A stretch of 63,733 nucleotides of DNA, counting the filler, from Sphacelaria rigidula (lineage: Eukaryota), in NCBI GenBank assembly GCA_964200075.2. It is 7 parts of 7 records of this genome, joined end to end, with 100 filler letters (N's around TTAATTAATTAA, not from the genome) between each part and the next. Parts side by side here need not be neighbours in the genome. Positions count along the whole stretch, not along the records: positions 1 to 9,020 come from CAXNAA020009493.1; positions 9,121 to 18,139 come from CAXNAA020009494.1; 5 more parts are not named here. One strand, 5' to 3'. This document shows, one piece after another, positions 1-12,479 of this stretch (positions within the stretch are counted from its first letter, which is position 1; every line of letters begins with the position of its first letter). The notes beneath the pieces are model-generated. The model was not told the origin of the DNA and did no database searches. It saw only the letters and a list, made by a program, of their open reading frames with translations. The position numbers and the translations under genes are program-made.

Positions 1-359
1 ACGGCCCAATTCGTTTCCGGTGATGAGATATTGCTCTGCCAGGTTAAATCCGTTTCTGGGCTGGCCCAGCTCGTATATTCTGTAAAAATATCTCACGGCC
101 AGTAAGTATAACATGGCCGAAAACTACAGCGTATATTCATCGTGTACAATCAACAAACCTTATGGGTGGACCAGATCTTGTATCAACATGTGGCTTGAAT
201 TTCTGCAACACCCGGAATACAAATACCTCGCCCCTCTCCCTTCCCCTCTAACGGTTGGCGTCGGTTGGCAACGACGCTGTAAAACATGCCAATCACTACG
301 TGAACTAGACAACCATATAATATTTTTTTTATGCTTGCTTGCGTTCATTTTGCGGTGAC

Positions 360-770
360 CATGATGACGGTTGGCATAGATAACGTTTCGCGGGGTGGAG
401 AACCTCAACTCCGCGCAAAGGGAATGATCGTGCAACATGGTGTTCAAGTGGTGAGGCATCCATGAGGCAACGTACGTAACCCGCGGCTGCCTTTGGAAGT
501 AATGATACCAGAAAATGAAACAGCTCATTCGAGGCTGTCATTCATATGCAAGACAATTAGTTGGCTTCGGGTCGAACAATCTTAGTAGGATGCAGCTCAC
601 CTTTCATGCGACTCGCCGAGCACACCACGGCGCTTCGCGCTTGGTGATTGATCACGAGCCTGGTCCGGCGAAAACCCGGCGTGCTCCGTCCCGGCTTTGT
701 AGGGATGCGAGATCATTGGTCATATGACTATGGCATGCAAGATCATGAGTACACCCCTCCCTCTCCCTCT
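360..770 (+). mobile_element. Dispersed non-LTR retroelement 3' fragment, family B
   Basis: Homologous copies lie at ~1740-2050(-), ~6605-6840(-), ~6860-7125(+) and ~51725-52300(-). The shared 3' end reads ...GGGATGCGAGATCATTGGTCATATGACTATGGCATGCAAGATCATGAGTAC followed by a C-rich tract, and resembles the tail of LINE family A. Confidence 0.65.
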
Positions 771-1544
771 GCCTACACACAACAGCGCAAGAAGTATAAA
801 TAGATTGCACAGGAAGCGTGAGCAGACACTACTGCTACTATTTTTGAGTGGTGAACCGCTGGTGGCGGGGGAGAAGGCGATTCCAGATCGTCAGGCGGTG
901 GGAACAGCCGTGGTGCCTCAAACGGATACGAGGAGGACAATACGTGCATGGTTTTGTGTAGTTGCCGCAACCGGTTGAGACGGTCGGAGGGGTGACAATT
1001 TGCCTCGAATGAGTGAGATAAGACATGGCGGTTTCAGGAGCATCGTTATTCGTGCACTACTGGTCGAAACGTCGGATGACACCTCTTCAGCGTGCTTGGG
1101 AAGGGAATTAAACGATTTCATCCCCTGGGTGACAAGAAAATAGCCCCTGAATCGTGAATTATCAGGGTAGGATGTAGGCGTTTTCGTGATACATCTCCAG
1201 TCTCTTGAGGGTAGACCGCACGTTACAGGCAAAAAACGCTCGACACGACCCCCAGCGCGAGCATGGCCGGGAGGGCATGCGTCGATGCGGGTTGTTCCTG
1301 ATTTTTCTCCGCTTACGAATACGTCAAACATTTCATCGTTCCAACGCCACCTATATCATAGTCCGAGGGGTTACTGACACTAACCCTACACGAGGGCAAA
1401 ACGGTAGATAGCACCTCTCTCGACATGGTACATGTTACACGTCAGGGATGATTATTTACACCTTTACTGCCGCACCATGCAAATCCTGAGCACTGCTTTT
1501 GTCACTGGCACTCGTCATCTGTTGAAATTTGAGACCTCGAGGGG

Positions 1545-1640
1545 GAGAAGGGGGAGTGGGGTGGGGGGCGTACTCATTTGTTGTTCACCTTAGGCGTCTG
1601 ATCATTGACCACGCATCTCTCGCGAGACGGAGCAAGGGGT
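1545..1640 (-). mobile_element. Short 3' tail of LINE family A
   Basis: GGGGGGCGTACTCATTTGTTG...ATTGACCACGCATC...CGAGACGG matches the 3' ends at ~2260, ~3290, ~18062 and ~34100. Confidence 0.6.
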
Positions 1641-1739
1641 TGTGTAACACGTTAAACCTGAAAAAAAAGACGTTGCCTATTTTGTCCTCATCTGCTCCGA
1701 AACTAAACAAAGATCCACTCCACGTTACGGGCGCGCGCA

Positions 1740-2050
1740 CGGGGGTGGGGGGGGTGGGGGGGGGTACTCATGATTTGGCATGCCATAGGCATAAGACGAT
1801 TGACCTTGCGACTCTACAAAGCCGGGACGGAGCACGCCGGGGTTTCGCCGCACCCACCAGGTTCGCAGTCACCAAGTGCGAAGCGCCGTGACGTGTTCTA
1901 CGAGTCGTATAAAGGGTGAGCTGCACCCTACCAACATTACTCTGACAGCAGCATACTAGTCTCGCATATGGATGACAGCTGCGAATAAGCTGCTTCAGTT
2001 TATGGTATCGCCACTTCCAGCGACAGCCACGTGCTAAACTGCCTCACTGG
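1740..2050 (-). mobile_element. Family B retroelement 3' fragment
   Basis: Reverse-complement homology to 480-760; ends in a G-run on the + strand. Confidence 0.6.
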
Positions 2051-2239
2051 TGTCTTACCGTTTCAACACTGCGTATTACGGTCATCCCCTTTGCGCGTGG
2101 GGGGGGGGGGGAAGGGGGGGGGGCGTCCCGCGTTTGTTGGTTGTCCTGGCAGTTTAACGACTACCCGCGGCACAGTTCGAGGGAGNNNNNNNNNNTGTTT
2201 GTAGTTTATTTGCCTGGAGAATTTGCCGCGGGAGGGGAT

Positions 2240-2960
2240 TGGGCAGATATGGGTGGAGCGGGGGCGTACGCGTTTGTTGCTTGCCTTAGTCGTTTGACCA
2301 TTGACCACGCACCCTTTTCGAGACGGGGCACCGTTCCTACTCCTAATAGAGACACCTTCAACACTCCGGTGCTCATAACGCTTCTTCCATGCATGACACA
2401 AAAACCTATTCACATTTCTCATCCCGTCCTGTTTCGCCACATGTGGCCATAATCTATCTTCAAGCATAGCCATCGTTTTCTCCCTACTGTCTAATGCATC
2501 AAACGATTCAATGCCATCTTCGTTCACGCCCCTCAGTTCCCCCTTGTATACTTCACATCCTGCCACTATGTGACTTTTGTTCCCTATTGCTTTTCCACCG
2601 GGGCAATTCTGTGCATCTACTTCCTCCTCCTCTCGACGACTGGTGAATATCCTTCTCTCTGATAGGTCCAGGTCCCCCCAACGAAGTGGCTAGTGAGAAG
2701 ATTTTCGTTGGCGTCAGCGATCGTACCTTCACAACATGTGCTACGGTTTTGCATACGAATATACGCGGCAAGCCTGCCTCTCGCTCTCCACGAACAAGAT
2801 GGATGTAAGGCTCACCAGGGTAGTGAATATCTGGTTCATCCAGGGGAAGTCCGGATTGCTTCCTGTGCGGCAGTGTTTCCGCACAAACTCCTTGCAGTCC
2901 TTGAGTGAGGAGAGGAGGCAAGTCGGGGAAAAGGCAGGGTCAGGTGGTAACCAACCGTGT
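2240..2960 (-). mobile_element. 5'-truncated, frameshifted LINE (ORF2 C-terminus and 3' end), family A
   Basis: Translation gives a degenerate CCHC knuckle region (..E..SH.VAGCEVY..) followed by ESFDALDSREKTMAMLEDRLWP..AKQDG...WKKR. A second copy at 34100-34380 encodes ESFGALDSSEKTIATLGDTWWP. 5' truncation with a shared 3' end is typical of LINEs. Confidence 0.7.
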
Positions 2961-3264
2961 TCGTCATCGTGTCATTCGAGGCCAGGAAGGAAATTATTCA
3001 CCCCGACTTGCGAACCGCAGTCACAACGTAGCCCAGGGACCAGGGACCACGGACCTAGAATTAGGGTCGGGATTGCGGTTTCAACACTGCACAGTGCATT
3101 AGTGCGTGTCTGATATACTGAACGAGGAACATGGCGTGAGAGCAGGGTCAAGTAGCCCACACACGAAGAATTTGAACATTTTTCGCCCATCACTGCGGTG
3201 TTCTTAGGTGTCACTTGATCTTCGACCGGGGTGACATAATTAGATCTCACGAAAAGAACGGGGG

Positions 3265-3355
3265 CAGGGGGAGACGGGGGAGGGGGGGCGAACTCATTCG
3301 TTGCCCGCCTTGGTCGTTTGAACACTGACCATGCATCCCTTTCGAGACGGTGCAC
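3265..3355 (-). mobile_element. Short 3' tail of LINE family A
   Basis: G-run followed by CGAACTCATTCGTTG...GACCATGCATCCCTTTCGAGACGG. Confidence 0.6.
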
Positions 3356-6300
3356 GGGGGGAAGAAGAGCACCGAAAAGTGTCCGGGTTTGTTCACTCTA
3401 CCGCGAAATAGTCCAACTGCAGGACCGCTGTATTGTACTGATTGCGGAGGCACGCAGTGCAGTAGTTTCGGTACAAGGGGAATCTCACAATAGCGCGTGG
3501 GGTCGCCAAACTACCCTGACCGCACTCAAGTGGGACTCGAACATAACCGACATAGTAGGGTAATACCGCATATTGCGAACCAAAGCATATATGCTGTACC
3601 GCATTGCATGGCCTGCAGCTGACCGTATGGAGCTGTACACCAAGTGCTGCAAAAGGTGGCCTGTTCATGGGATAAAGCAGGATTCTCACCAACAAATAGG
3701 CAATGAGCTTGCGTGGGCACGAGATGATAAGGAATTACCTACAATGGGCGCCTTCTCACAAAACGCCACCGCCCTAACTTTTCCTACCCCCTCATCCTGA
3801 GCCGAACACTACTTTCAACCACTGGACCCTAATGCACGTTGACAGTGCGCATCTGGGTCATCTTCTTTGGTACACCCAACTAGCTACCCCAGCCCTGAGT
3901 TGACAGAGCTCAAGTATTCGCGTTTGGGTAGAATGCGACAGGCAACGGCATTGCTACAGCGCCGTGCGCCAACTTCGGTCGCTAGAGCCTACAACTTGAT
4001 CTTGATCGAAAAGCAAGTACAGTTATGTATTGTTGTATTGTTCGCCCCGGAACGTTTTCCTAGTACATGTGTCCGGCATGCGATGCGCACCATGTGCAGC
4101 TGTTGCTCATAGACTTGCTCTCAGCGTGGGACAAAATATATAGTGTGGACGATGAGCATTGCGCATTTCACACTTCATCCGCTCGATTCTTCTCCAAGAG
4201 CTGACTCTGTACCGTTGCCCGTGGCGTGCGACTCCGCGTTTGACGGTACCCTCACAACACGCTTACCCTCCCCCGGAAAATCTGCCTGCCGCGCCAAAGG
4301 GTGCATTGTTTACAGGGATCAGCAATCCCGGCATGGCACAGTAACCGCATGAAACGGAGACCGTAACCATATACTCGAGTGCAGTATTCGCAGCATGATG
4401 ACATATAGTTCTCACAAACGAAATTAGCCGCACTACAGTGGCACCGCGCTATGGTGGAACTACCACGGTACCTATGTGCCCCCCTCAAGCTTTTCTTTTC
4501 TTCCCTACGAGCCTTTGCTGTTGGTGGCAAACGGTAAGTCCTCGCGGCCTTGATGTTTCATTCAGCTTCGTTTTCCGATCTCCGTCGGCTCGCATTGATC
4601 GCGACACACACAAATGTGCAGTACCCGTATCGCACCAAACCATGCCGCAACATACCGAACCACACGCTGGGTCTTTACCGACAATGTGTCACCTGTACCA
4701 TGCTGCCGGGTACCAGTGGTCACACTAAAACATCGGCCAGTTTGGACGGCATAGTGGCTTCAAATCTCGACCGAGTAAGTACAATATTTGACTCATGTCG
4801 TGGAAAGCGCGAGGGCGTGAACGAACATAATGAAAATCGAAGGTAGTCGGCGGGCTGCGGGAGCACTGATTTGGTGTTAGACAATGGATTGCGACGAAGG
4901 TAGCAGGGGAAAGATGGGATGGGCCTTCCCTCAACATTACCGACACATTTCGAGAAAGGGAGGGCATTCACAATGTGTTGATATAATTTCATAGCATAAC
5001 TTTCAAAAACTGAGACGCGATATCCACATTTATAGCATCTAGTGCCTCTGCTCGTAATATATCAATTATAGTATGGAGCCTTATGTGCGCCATATCTCGA
5101 GAGAGTTAACGAATTAGGTGAAGGTGAGGATATCTATCGTCTACCTGTGCACCAGGGAATGTCCACATCGAAAATCGTTGCCATGCATCGATCGGGGTTT
5201 CATATGGATTTTAGTATGGACGCTATCTCCGTTGGGTATAGGAATTACTAGACATGGGGTTAAATCAACGAGAAAGTATTGGCCCAGGCTTTGGAGAAGT
5301 TGGGCACCTTCCCCTTGATTGGACGATTAATACAATATGCGCATCATGGCCCAACTCGTCTGCGTCGATGAGATATTGCTTCGAGAGCTTAAATCCGTTT
5401 CTAGGCTAGCCCAGCAGGTACGCACACAGCGGAAAATACTCCATTTAAAACTATGACCTGTGCCGTTACGCAATGCGAGCAATGGTGTCCGATCCTCATG
5501 TACCTTGGCTGTCGATCTCATTGAGCGTGGCGGCGTAAGCCGCCGAACCCGTTGTATACATATATATAAGTACATACTGTATACGTGAATCACATAGATT
5601 GAGCGTCAACGATGTGAGAGTACTAGTTATTTAGTCATTTTCCAGTGAGTCGATGTGCGCCAATGCAAACGCTGGTAACACCATTTCCAACGGACAAATG
5701 TTCCTGTTGCAATTTTCCTCAACGTTCCTCACTCTGACCGTGAAGCCTCTCGCCATGCTGATCCGTGGCTGGGTTAGGCTACAGTTGGTGTCATAGGGTT
5801 TTCTTATCCAGTAGTACATACGGCAGGCTCTTCGCGCTGTATTGCGTCCCCGTCATATTCCAGACTGTTAAACGACAATATTCGACAGGACAGCGTGAAG
5901 AAACCACAGCCTGCAGCTCGCCACTGGAGTGAGATAACCCCCACCAAAGACGAACACAGCTTTCCGACGACGTCCTACGCTTCGAGCTTCCATCAGCGCT
6001 GCTGCTGTCTTATTCGGGATCAGGACTTCAGTAGATTTCCGATCAAGGTTAAATGGGTCCAGAGGAACAAACGAACACACATGTTTAGAAGTTTCCTGCG
6101 AGAATTCCCACGCCAAGGGCGAGGTCTGAGAGCGGTGAAGTGACCTTTTCGACAGTTGTTATTGGCCTGAACTACCTCGCAGTGAAGCCGTACTCGACTA
6201 TTTGGGTAACGACCACCTGACCAAAGGAAAACATGGACGAGGGGCGTGCTTTTGACTGTGCTCGTAATCTTTGCCACCTGCCTGGCCCCTTTTGTGTTAC

Positions 6301-6604
6301 CAGCGTAGCTTCGCACTGTCTGCAGTGTTGTTGTGGAACACGGAGCAGATAGAGCACAACATGCCGTAGACTGTGTCCAGTGGGTACCGATGGCACGCTG
6401 ACTATTTCATACTGGTGTACTCAGCCGCTGATGAAAAAACGATTGCACGTGTGTACGGTTATTGAGCAGCACCAGTACAGAGAGTAAATATGAGGGCACA
6501 GTTGAGACGATGCCACATGCGTGCAGCATCATAAACGCGCTCAAGGCGTCCCGGCCCTGCCTCGAAAGTACCAGGGCTGCGGAAGAAGCATAGATGGGAG
6601 AAAT

Positions 6605-7125
6605 GGGGGGCGGGGGGAGGGAGGGTTATTCACGATCTTGCATGCCGCAGTCATATGTCCATTGACCTCGCATCCCTACAAAGCCGGGGCGGAGCACGCC
6701 GGGTTTTCGCCGGACCAGGCTCGCACTCAACCACCAAGCGCGAAGCGCCGTAGTGTATTCGNNNNNNNNNNTGAGCTGCATCCTGCTAAGATTGTTCGGC
6801 CCGAAGCTTACTGATTATCTTGCATTCGCATGACAGCCTACACGATGGTAGTCGAGCTAGATCATATCGTGCGGCGTGGGAGAGCCTCATTTCCGCGCAA
6901 AGGCCGCGATCATAATACGTAGTGTTTGAATGGTGAGACACCCATGAGGCAGTGCGTTAAGCCGTGGCTGCTTCTGGAAGTGGCGATACCAGAAAATTCA
7001 ACAACTCATTCGGAGGCTATCATCCGGATGCAAGATAATCAGCAAGCTTCAGGCCGAACAATCTAAGTAGGATGTAGCTCACCCTTTATGCGACCCGCCG
7101 GGAACATCACGGTGCTTTGCGCTTG
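6605..7125. mobile_element. Two family B fragments in opposite orientation (~6605-6840 minus, ~6860-7125 plus)
   Basis: Each aligns to 390-760. They overlap in element coordinates and so form an imperfect inverted repeat. Confidence 0.6.
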
Positions 7126-7639
7126 TAGGCTGTCATCCGACTTACTCAACATTGCCGACTTACGGGCTGAATTGGCAGGGGGTGTTCTTGGCCGTTTTGA
7201 GCCCAAAATACATTTCTTTTCGGCTCTACCGCAATAAAAAAGAAAAAACAAAGTGTAGGGGTCTATAAAACTATTCACGAGAGCGATAATGATTTTTCCA
7301 CACATCGAACGGGTCCCTCTCTATAGGACGAAGGTCATACAGCTCAAGTCTGAACACACGTGTGTACCTTATTCAGATGATACAGTGCAACTAGTTATGG
7401 AACGGTCCTCGTGATTCGGATATCATCGACCAAGAAGGAAGTATCTTGAACAGGTTAAAAGTATACACAGGTTCTTCTTGACGTTTTGTGTACAGCTGAT
7501 ACGAACTACATAGGTGTGCCCAACGAGGTGATGTACGGATACTTGGGTCATACAGATCATCATCAGACAGATATGTACGAATCACACGGGTCATAAAGAT
7601 CAGCCATGACGCCACGTGTGCAGCGCCAATAAGTGTATG

Positions 7640-8705
7640 TACTTCGTGTAGCTGCTGCAGTCAACAGCCAATATACGGACTTGTGAACGTGCACATTGTA
7701 CCAGGGCCATACGGGTTGGTAGGTGAGGGATACTGAATATTGTTCGATGTATTGTAATGCGTGAGAGGACCGCGTGCTTAGAGGACCGCGCCGAGGCTCG
7801 AAACTCCCCACGATAGACGTTTTCCAAAACCAATCGGGCTAGTCCCTGCAGGTACAACGCCCCTGACCCCAACCCCAACTTCAACCCTAACCATAAGGAT
7901 GTTCAAATTCCGATGCGGTCCTCTAAGCACGCGGTCCTCTCACGCATTACAGTATACTTCATTCGGATGCGCCGACAGTGCACATTTTCGGGGGAAAATA
8001 TGCAGCCCCACCGTGGAACCACTCGGAATAAAATATCCTTGCTTCATGTTCCATATGCCCGGGTTACTACAGCCAATATACGGACTTGTGAACATGCACA
8101 TTGTACCAGGGTTATACGGGTTAGCAGATGAGGAATACTGAATACTGTTTATTGTATGCTTCATTCGGATGCGCCGACAGTGCACATTTTTGGAAAAAAT
8201 ATTCAGTCCTATCGTGGAACCACTCGGAATAAAATATACGTGCTTCACGTTCCATATGCCCGGGTTGCTACAGCCAACATACCGACTTGTGGACATGCAC
8301 ACTGTACGCGGGCCAGGTTAGCAGGTAAGGAATACTGAACACTGTTCATTGTATGCTTCATTCGGATGCGCCGACAGTGCACATCTTCGGAAAAAGTGTG
8401 CAGCACTACCTTGGAACCGCTCGGAATAAAATACACGTACTTCATGTTCCATATGCCCGGGTTACTACAGCCAACATACCGACTTGTGAACATGCACACT
8501 GTACGCGGGCCAGGTGAGCAGGTGAGGAATACTGAATACTGTTCATTGTATGCTTCATTCGGATGCGCTGACAATGCACATCTTGGGAAAAAATAGGCAC
8601 CCGTACCGTGGAACCGCTCGGAATAAAATGTACGTACTTTATGCTCCATGTGCCCGGGTTGATACAGCCAACGTCCGGACTTGTGAACATGCATTGTACC
8701 CGAGT
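7640..8705. repeat. Tandem array of ~197-202-bp units (~4.5 copies)
   Basis: CTTCATTCGGATGCGC(C/T)GACA recurs at ~7957, 8159, 8356 and 8553; GGAACC(A/G)CTCGGAATAAAAT and GACTTGTG(A/G)ACATGCA also repeat with the same period. A partial first unit lies at 7660-7752. Confidence 0.92.
7752..7952. mobile_element. MITE (~200 bp) with perfect 37-bp TIRs, probably Tc1/mariner-type (TA TSD), inserted into the tandem array
   Basis: TGTAATGCGTGAGAGGACCGCGTGCTTAGAGGACCGC (7753-7789) is the exact reverse complement of 7915-7951. It is flanked by TA/GTAT duplications, and removing it restores the array unit. Confidence 0.88.
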
Positions 8706-9020
8706 CATATAGGTGAACGAGTGAGGGAGCTGAGTACTTTTTTCTTGCATACTTGATCCGGATCTTCCGGGTGCAGGAGAGTGTTTCTTGTATACTAGGT
8801 CCGGATTTCACAGGTAAGGGATACCTTTTGGTGTACATGAGATTCGAATCGCGCGGGTCGACGACAAGCTACTGTGTATGCCTGACCCGAGTGATATACT
8901 TCCTCCAACACATAAGTAAAGTCGGTTATGTTTTTACGAGCCCTTCCCCGTGTCCGATCTGATTTTCGATGCTTTCATTGCATTCGTTGGCGTTTTTTGA
9001 GCTAGAAACAACCCTCTTTC

Positions 9021-9120
9021 NNNNNNNNNNNNNNNNNNNNNNNNNNNNNNNNNNNNNNNNNNNNTTAATTAATTAANNNNNNNNNNNNNNNNNNNNNNNN
9101 NNNNNNNNNNNNNNNNNNNN
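9021..9120. other. Artificial scaffold-joining spacer (N44-TTAATTAATTAA-N44)
   Basis: The same 100-nt spacer with a six-frame-stop linker recurs at 9021, 18140, 27259, 36378, 45497 and 54616, exactly 9119 nt apart. Confidence 0.97.
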
Positions 9121-9324
9121 CGCGACGACGATGGTACCGATGGAGGGAATTCACGCCGCCGCCATGGCGGTGGAGGATCTTCTCCAAGCAGTTCCGGACC
9201 GAACCGCCCGCCCCGCAAGCCGAAAGGCAAACACACCGGAGGCAATTCTTCCGGCTCATCCGCATCGGCCTGGAACCGGTCCGGCGCAGCTCTTCCCGCC
9301 TCGGGCTCGGAGACCCTCAGGCAA

Positions 9325-10275
9325 GTGATTCCTAAGTTGGCTGATGTTTCGGCCTGCATTTTCGCTTTGTCCGATACGGGTACACCTGACCGTCCCTTGT
9401 CTTCTACTGCAGCCCGCGCTTTAGCAACCGCGGCGACTGACAAAAAACGTTCGGTAGCTAGCAAAAAAGCAGCTTCCGATAGAGCTGAGTCTGCCCGACT
9501 AGCTGCAATACAGAGACGGTATATTCAGATCGATGTGAAAAACCTCTGGCACATCAAAACCATGCCGGCCGCCGATAACGAAGATTCGGGCCAGTTTACT
9601 TCTGCCCTCATCACGTCCATCCGCCGCACTGTTTTTAACATCCTTCACTCGGCGGATGTGACTGGCACACAACGTTTCGGAGATTCAGACTGGGTAGAGG
9701 GCTGGCAGACTCCCTTGCACAAACCAATGCATCGATCGATCAGCCGCCGCTCTCCCGACCTCGCTGCTTCTTTGACGCAGGTGCTCGACGGATTCCTCGC
9801 CGAGATGGATCCGGATCGTTCCCAAGGGAAAACAGGCCCGCGATTACTCCCTGATTTGGAAAGGCGTCTCATACGTTACTTTGACAAGAGTGATCAAGCC
9901 AGCATCATCCAGAGGCTGAGCTCTTTTGTCGTCGCATCTGATGTCCCCTTCGTAGATTATCTCATCAATGCCTTTGATCTCATGAACCCTGAGTTGCAGG
10001 ACAATGAACCCGCGTGGCGATCATGGCAAAAACGCATGCGCGATTATCGTCCACCAACTCGAAATTACCGCAGCAATTCGAACCAACGTGGCAAGAAAAG
10101 CTCTAATCGCGGTCGCCGGCACAACAACAATCACGGAGACCCTCGCCAGAACGATCAAAATTCTCGCGACAACAAACGTTCCGCTGATAGACACCAGCGG
10201 ACGGGACCGACACAAAGTTTTAATCCCAACACCAGAAACCCTGGTACCTTCACTTCGGATCGCTTAGATCCATGA
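9325..10275 (+). pseudogene. Gypsy gag-like ORF (partial)
   Basis: 316-aa ORF directly upstream of pol with a basic N/R/Q-rich C-terminus; assigned by position only. Confidence 0.55.
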
Positions 10276-11379
10276 CGTGCCGACGCCGGAGTTCTTCGGT
10301 CTTCCACGCCGTCGATAGCACGAGCGAAGACTTTTTCAACGCAGCCCGAGGAGTCCGTGTCAAAAATTACTGACTCGACTGCCCCGGCACTATCGAGGAG
10401 CGTAACTGACGGCCGTTCATATCGACCCCCGTCTCGAACCTCCACACAATTTTCAACAGAGCCCGCAGAGCCCGCGACCAAGATTGTTCGCCCGGCTCTC
10501 CCGGCACTATGCAGGAGTGCATCTGACGGCCGTCCAAACCGACACCCGTCTTCATCCCTCCATACACCGCGTAACAGCTGTGTCACCTCACGACTCAGAT
10601 CTACACCCGGCACTGAACTTGGTCCTTCAGTACCGAGTATAAGTCTGAGGTGTGGGAAGACCAACCGCCAGTCCCTGAGGCAAAGGCTTCCCTCAGCGAC
10701 CGCACGCACAGGTAGCAGCAAGCATTTTTCAGCTGACCCAAGTGTTGCTGATTTGAACCTGACCACATCGGATCATGTAATTCCCAATCAGTTCGATCGG
10801 GCTTCTTCCCCGCGCTTTTTAAAACGCACGGACCTACCTTCGACCGGTATTATTCACAACCGCCCCAACATATTTTCGGCTATGCCCCAACAGCCAAACT
10901 TGCCTACGGAAAGCAACCCACAAGTTTCGCTCCGTCATGCCCCGATGCTGACCCCATCCACGCACCTGAACGCAGTTGTGGTATCATCTTCAAATGTTTT
11001 CGAAGTTCCCCGACCTTTGTCACGGCGAAAGAGAAAGCCCCGTAAGCATGCCCCCAAGGACGCGCGCGCATCATTACGTACATCTCTTTCGAGCGGAAAT
11101 CCTCGACCTCAATCTCTCCGAAATGCGACAACTTTGAGCTCGACGGCTCTATCAAGTATCCTGGAAGAAACAAAATCACATGATTCTGACGGCACTACTT
11201 CAATCGACGACTCCAGCCCCGCACATCCTGGATCCCCCTTTGACGGTGATCCCTGTCAACCAAAGACGATGATTTACAAAATCTCCCATGACCGTGCCAC
11301 ACCTCGAAATAATATACCGTCCATCTCCTTCTCTGGTGAGACACCTGACCCACCGGCGGATCATCCGCCGTGCGTTTTT

Positions 11380-11830
11380 GCTGTCAGCCCCGCTGATCCT
11401 GACCAGTTTACATTGCCGGAACACGGTCCGGATCTCGTCGGCGGCAAAGTGTCTGTCGATCCGACCACTTTTACTACTCGCGTTGCGATCCATACCGGTC
11501 CAAACGCTATCACGTCTACGAAATGCGTAGCCTTGTTGGACAGCGGCAGCCCGCAAATGTTTATTCGAGAATCAACATGGAAACACATGAAACAGACCGG
11601 CGCTGCTACTGCAGCTTGCGAAACCACCACCAAACCTCCCGTGTGGGGCGACTTCGGTGACTCTGCCGCGCCACTAACGACCCGTAAATCCGTGCGTCTC
11701 AGTGTGCAATTCTTTCACAACACCACTCGATCTGCCAGCCTGGCAGTCTGGGCATACGTTGTTCCCGACAGCACCATGCATCACGCCATATGATTGGGCA
11801 GAGATAGCTATATGCGGTTTAATAAACGCA
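11380..11830 (+). pseudogene. Retropepsin aspartic protease domain
   Basis: CVALLDSGSPQMFI motif; the closing I-L-L-G-R-D motif is interrupted by a TGA at 11791-11793. Confidence 0.85.
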
Positions 11831-12479
11831 CCTACCGCACCCTTCCACCACTAACGCCACATTCCCCGCCGCGTGGAGAATTCAACCTCGAACACTTCGG
11901 TACTCTCCACGGCGCCCTGGCTTATCAGAAAAATCCTCAAGCAACCGGAGCTGCTTACCACCTACGATATAACGGTAGTGTGGGTATAACACTCTCCGAC
12001 GACCCGCAACTTCTCAAAGTTGCACTGGTTCGCCGAAATGGCATGCCAGCACTTACGGGCCATTATCTTGCCGAAATGTTACCCCGTATTGGCGCACCAG
12101 CCAACACAGAACATTTTGGGTCGGCGGGACAACAACTCCTTCCTCTTACGGGACATGCTAACTTGGAACCCGGCGATATTTAAGGAATCGCCGCTGCTCC
12201 CCTGATGCACATCTCCCTCGAGACGTGCGTCACAGAGCCTGCCGCACCAAACACCACATCTCCGACGGAGTCAGTACATTGTGTCGATTAATCTTATTTC
12301 GATCTCGCCTCTGCTACTCCACCCCAGGTCCACACCGTGGATCCTGCCCAGTCAAATTCCGATCCTCCTGCTGAAGTGCTTCAACGTTTATCACCAAATT
12401 CTTGGGATAGCTTCTTGCACATGTGGGACCAACTGCCGTCACACATGCGCGACATCAATTTTGACCTTCATGGGCCCGG

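Noticed and set aside
3480-6400. Possible small exons (GTAAGT donors at ~4534 and ~4774)
   Set aside because: No consistent frame or recognisable protein could be assembled.
7640-8705. CRISPR-like array
   Set aside because: Whole units are homologous, there are no unique spacers, and no cas genes are present. The same applies to 53295-54315 and 16520-16645.
7899-8838. Repetitive ORFs over the 200-bp array
   Set aside because: Unit length is not a constant multiple of three and stops recur, so these are by-products of the repeat.
9065-9076. TTAATTAATTAA as a biological motif or piggyBac site
   Set aside because: It is centred identically in every 100-nt N-run, so it is an assembly linker.
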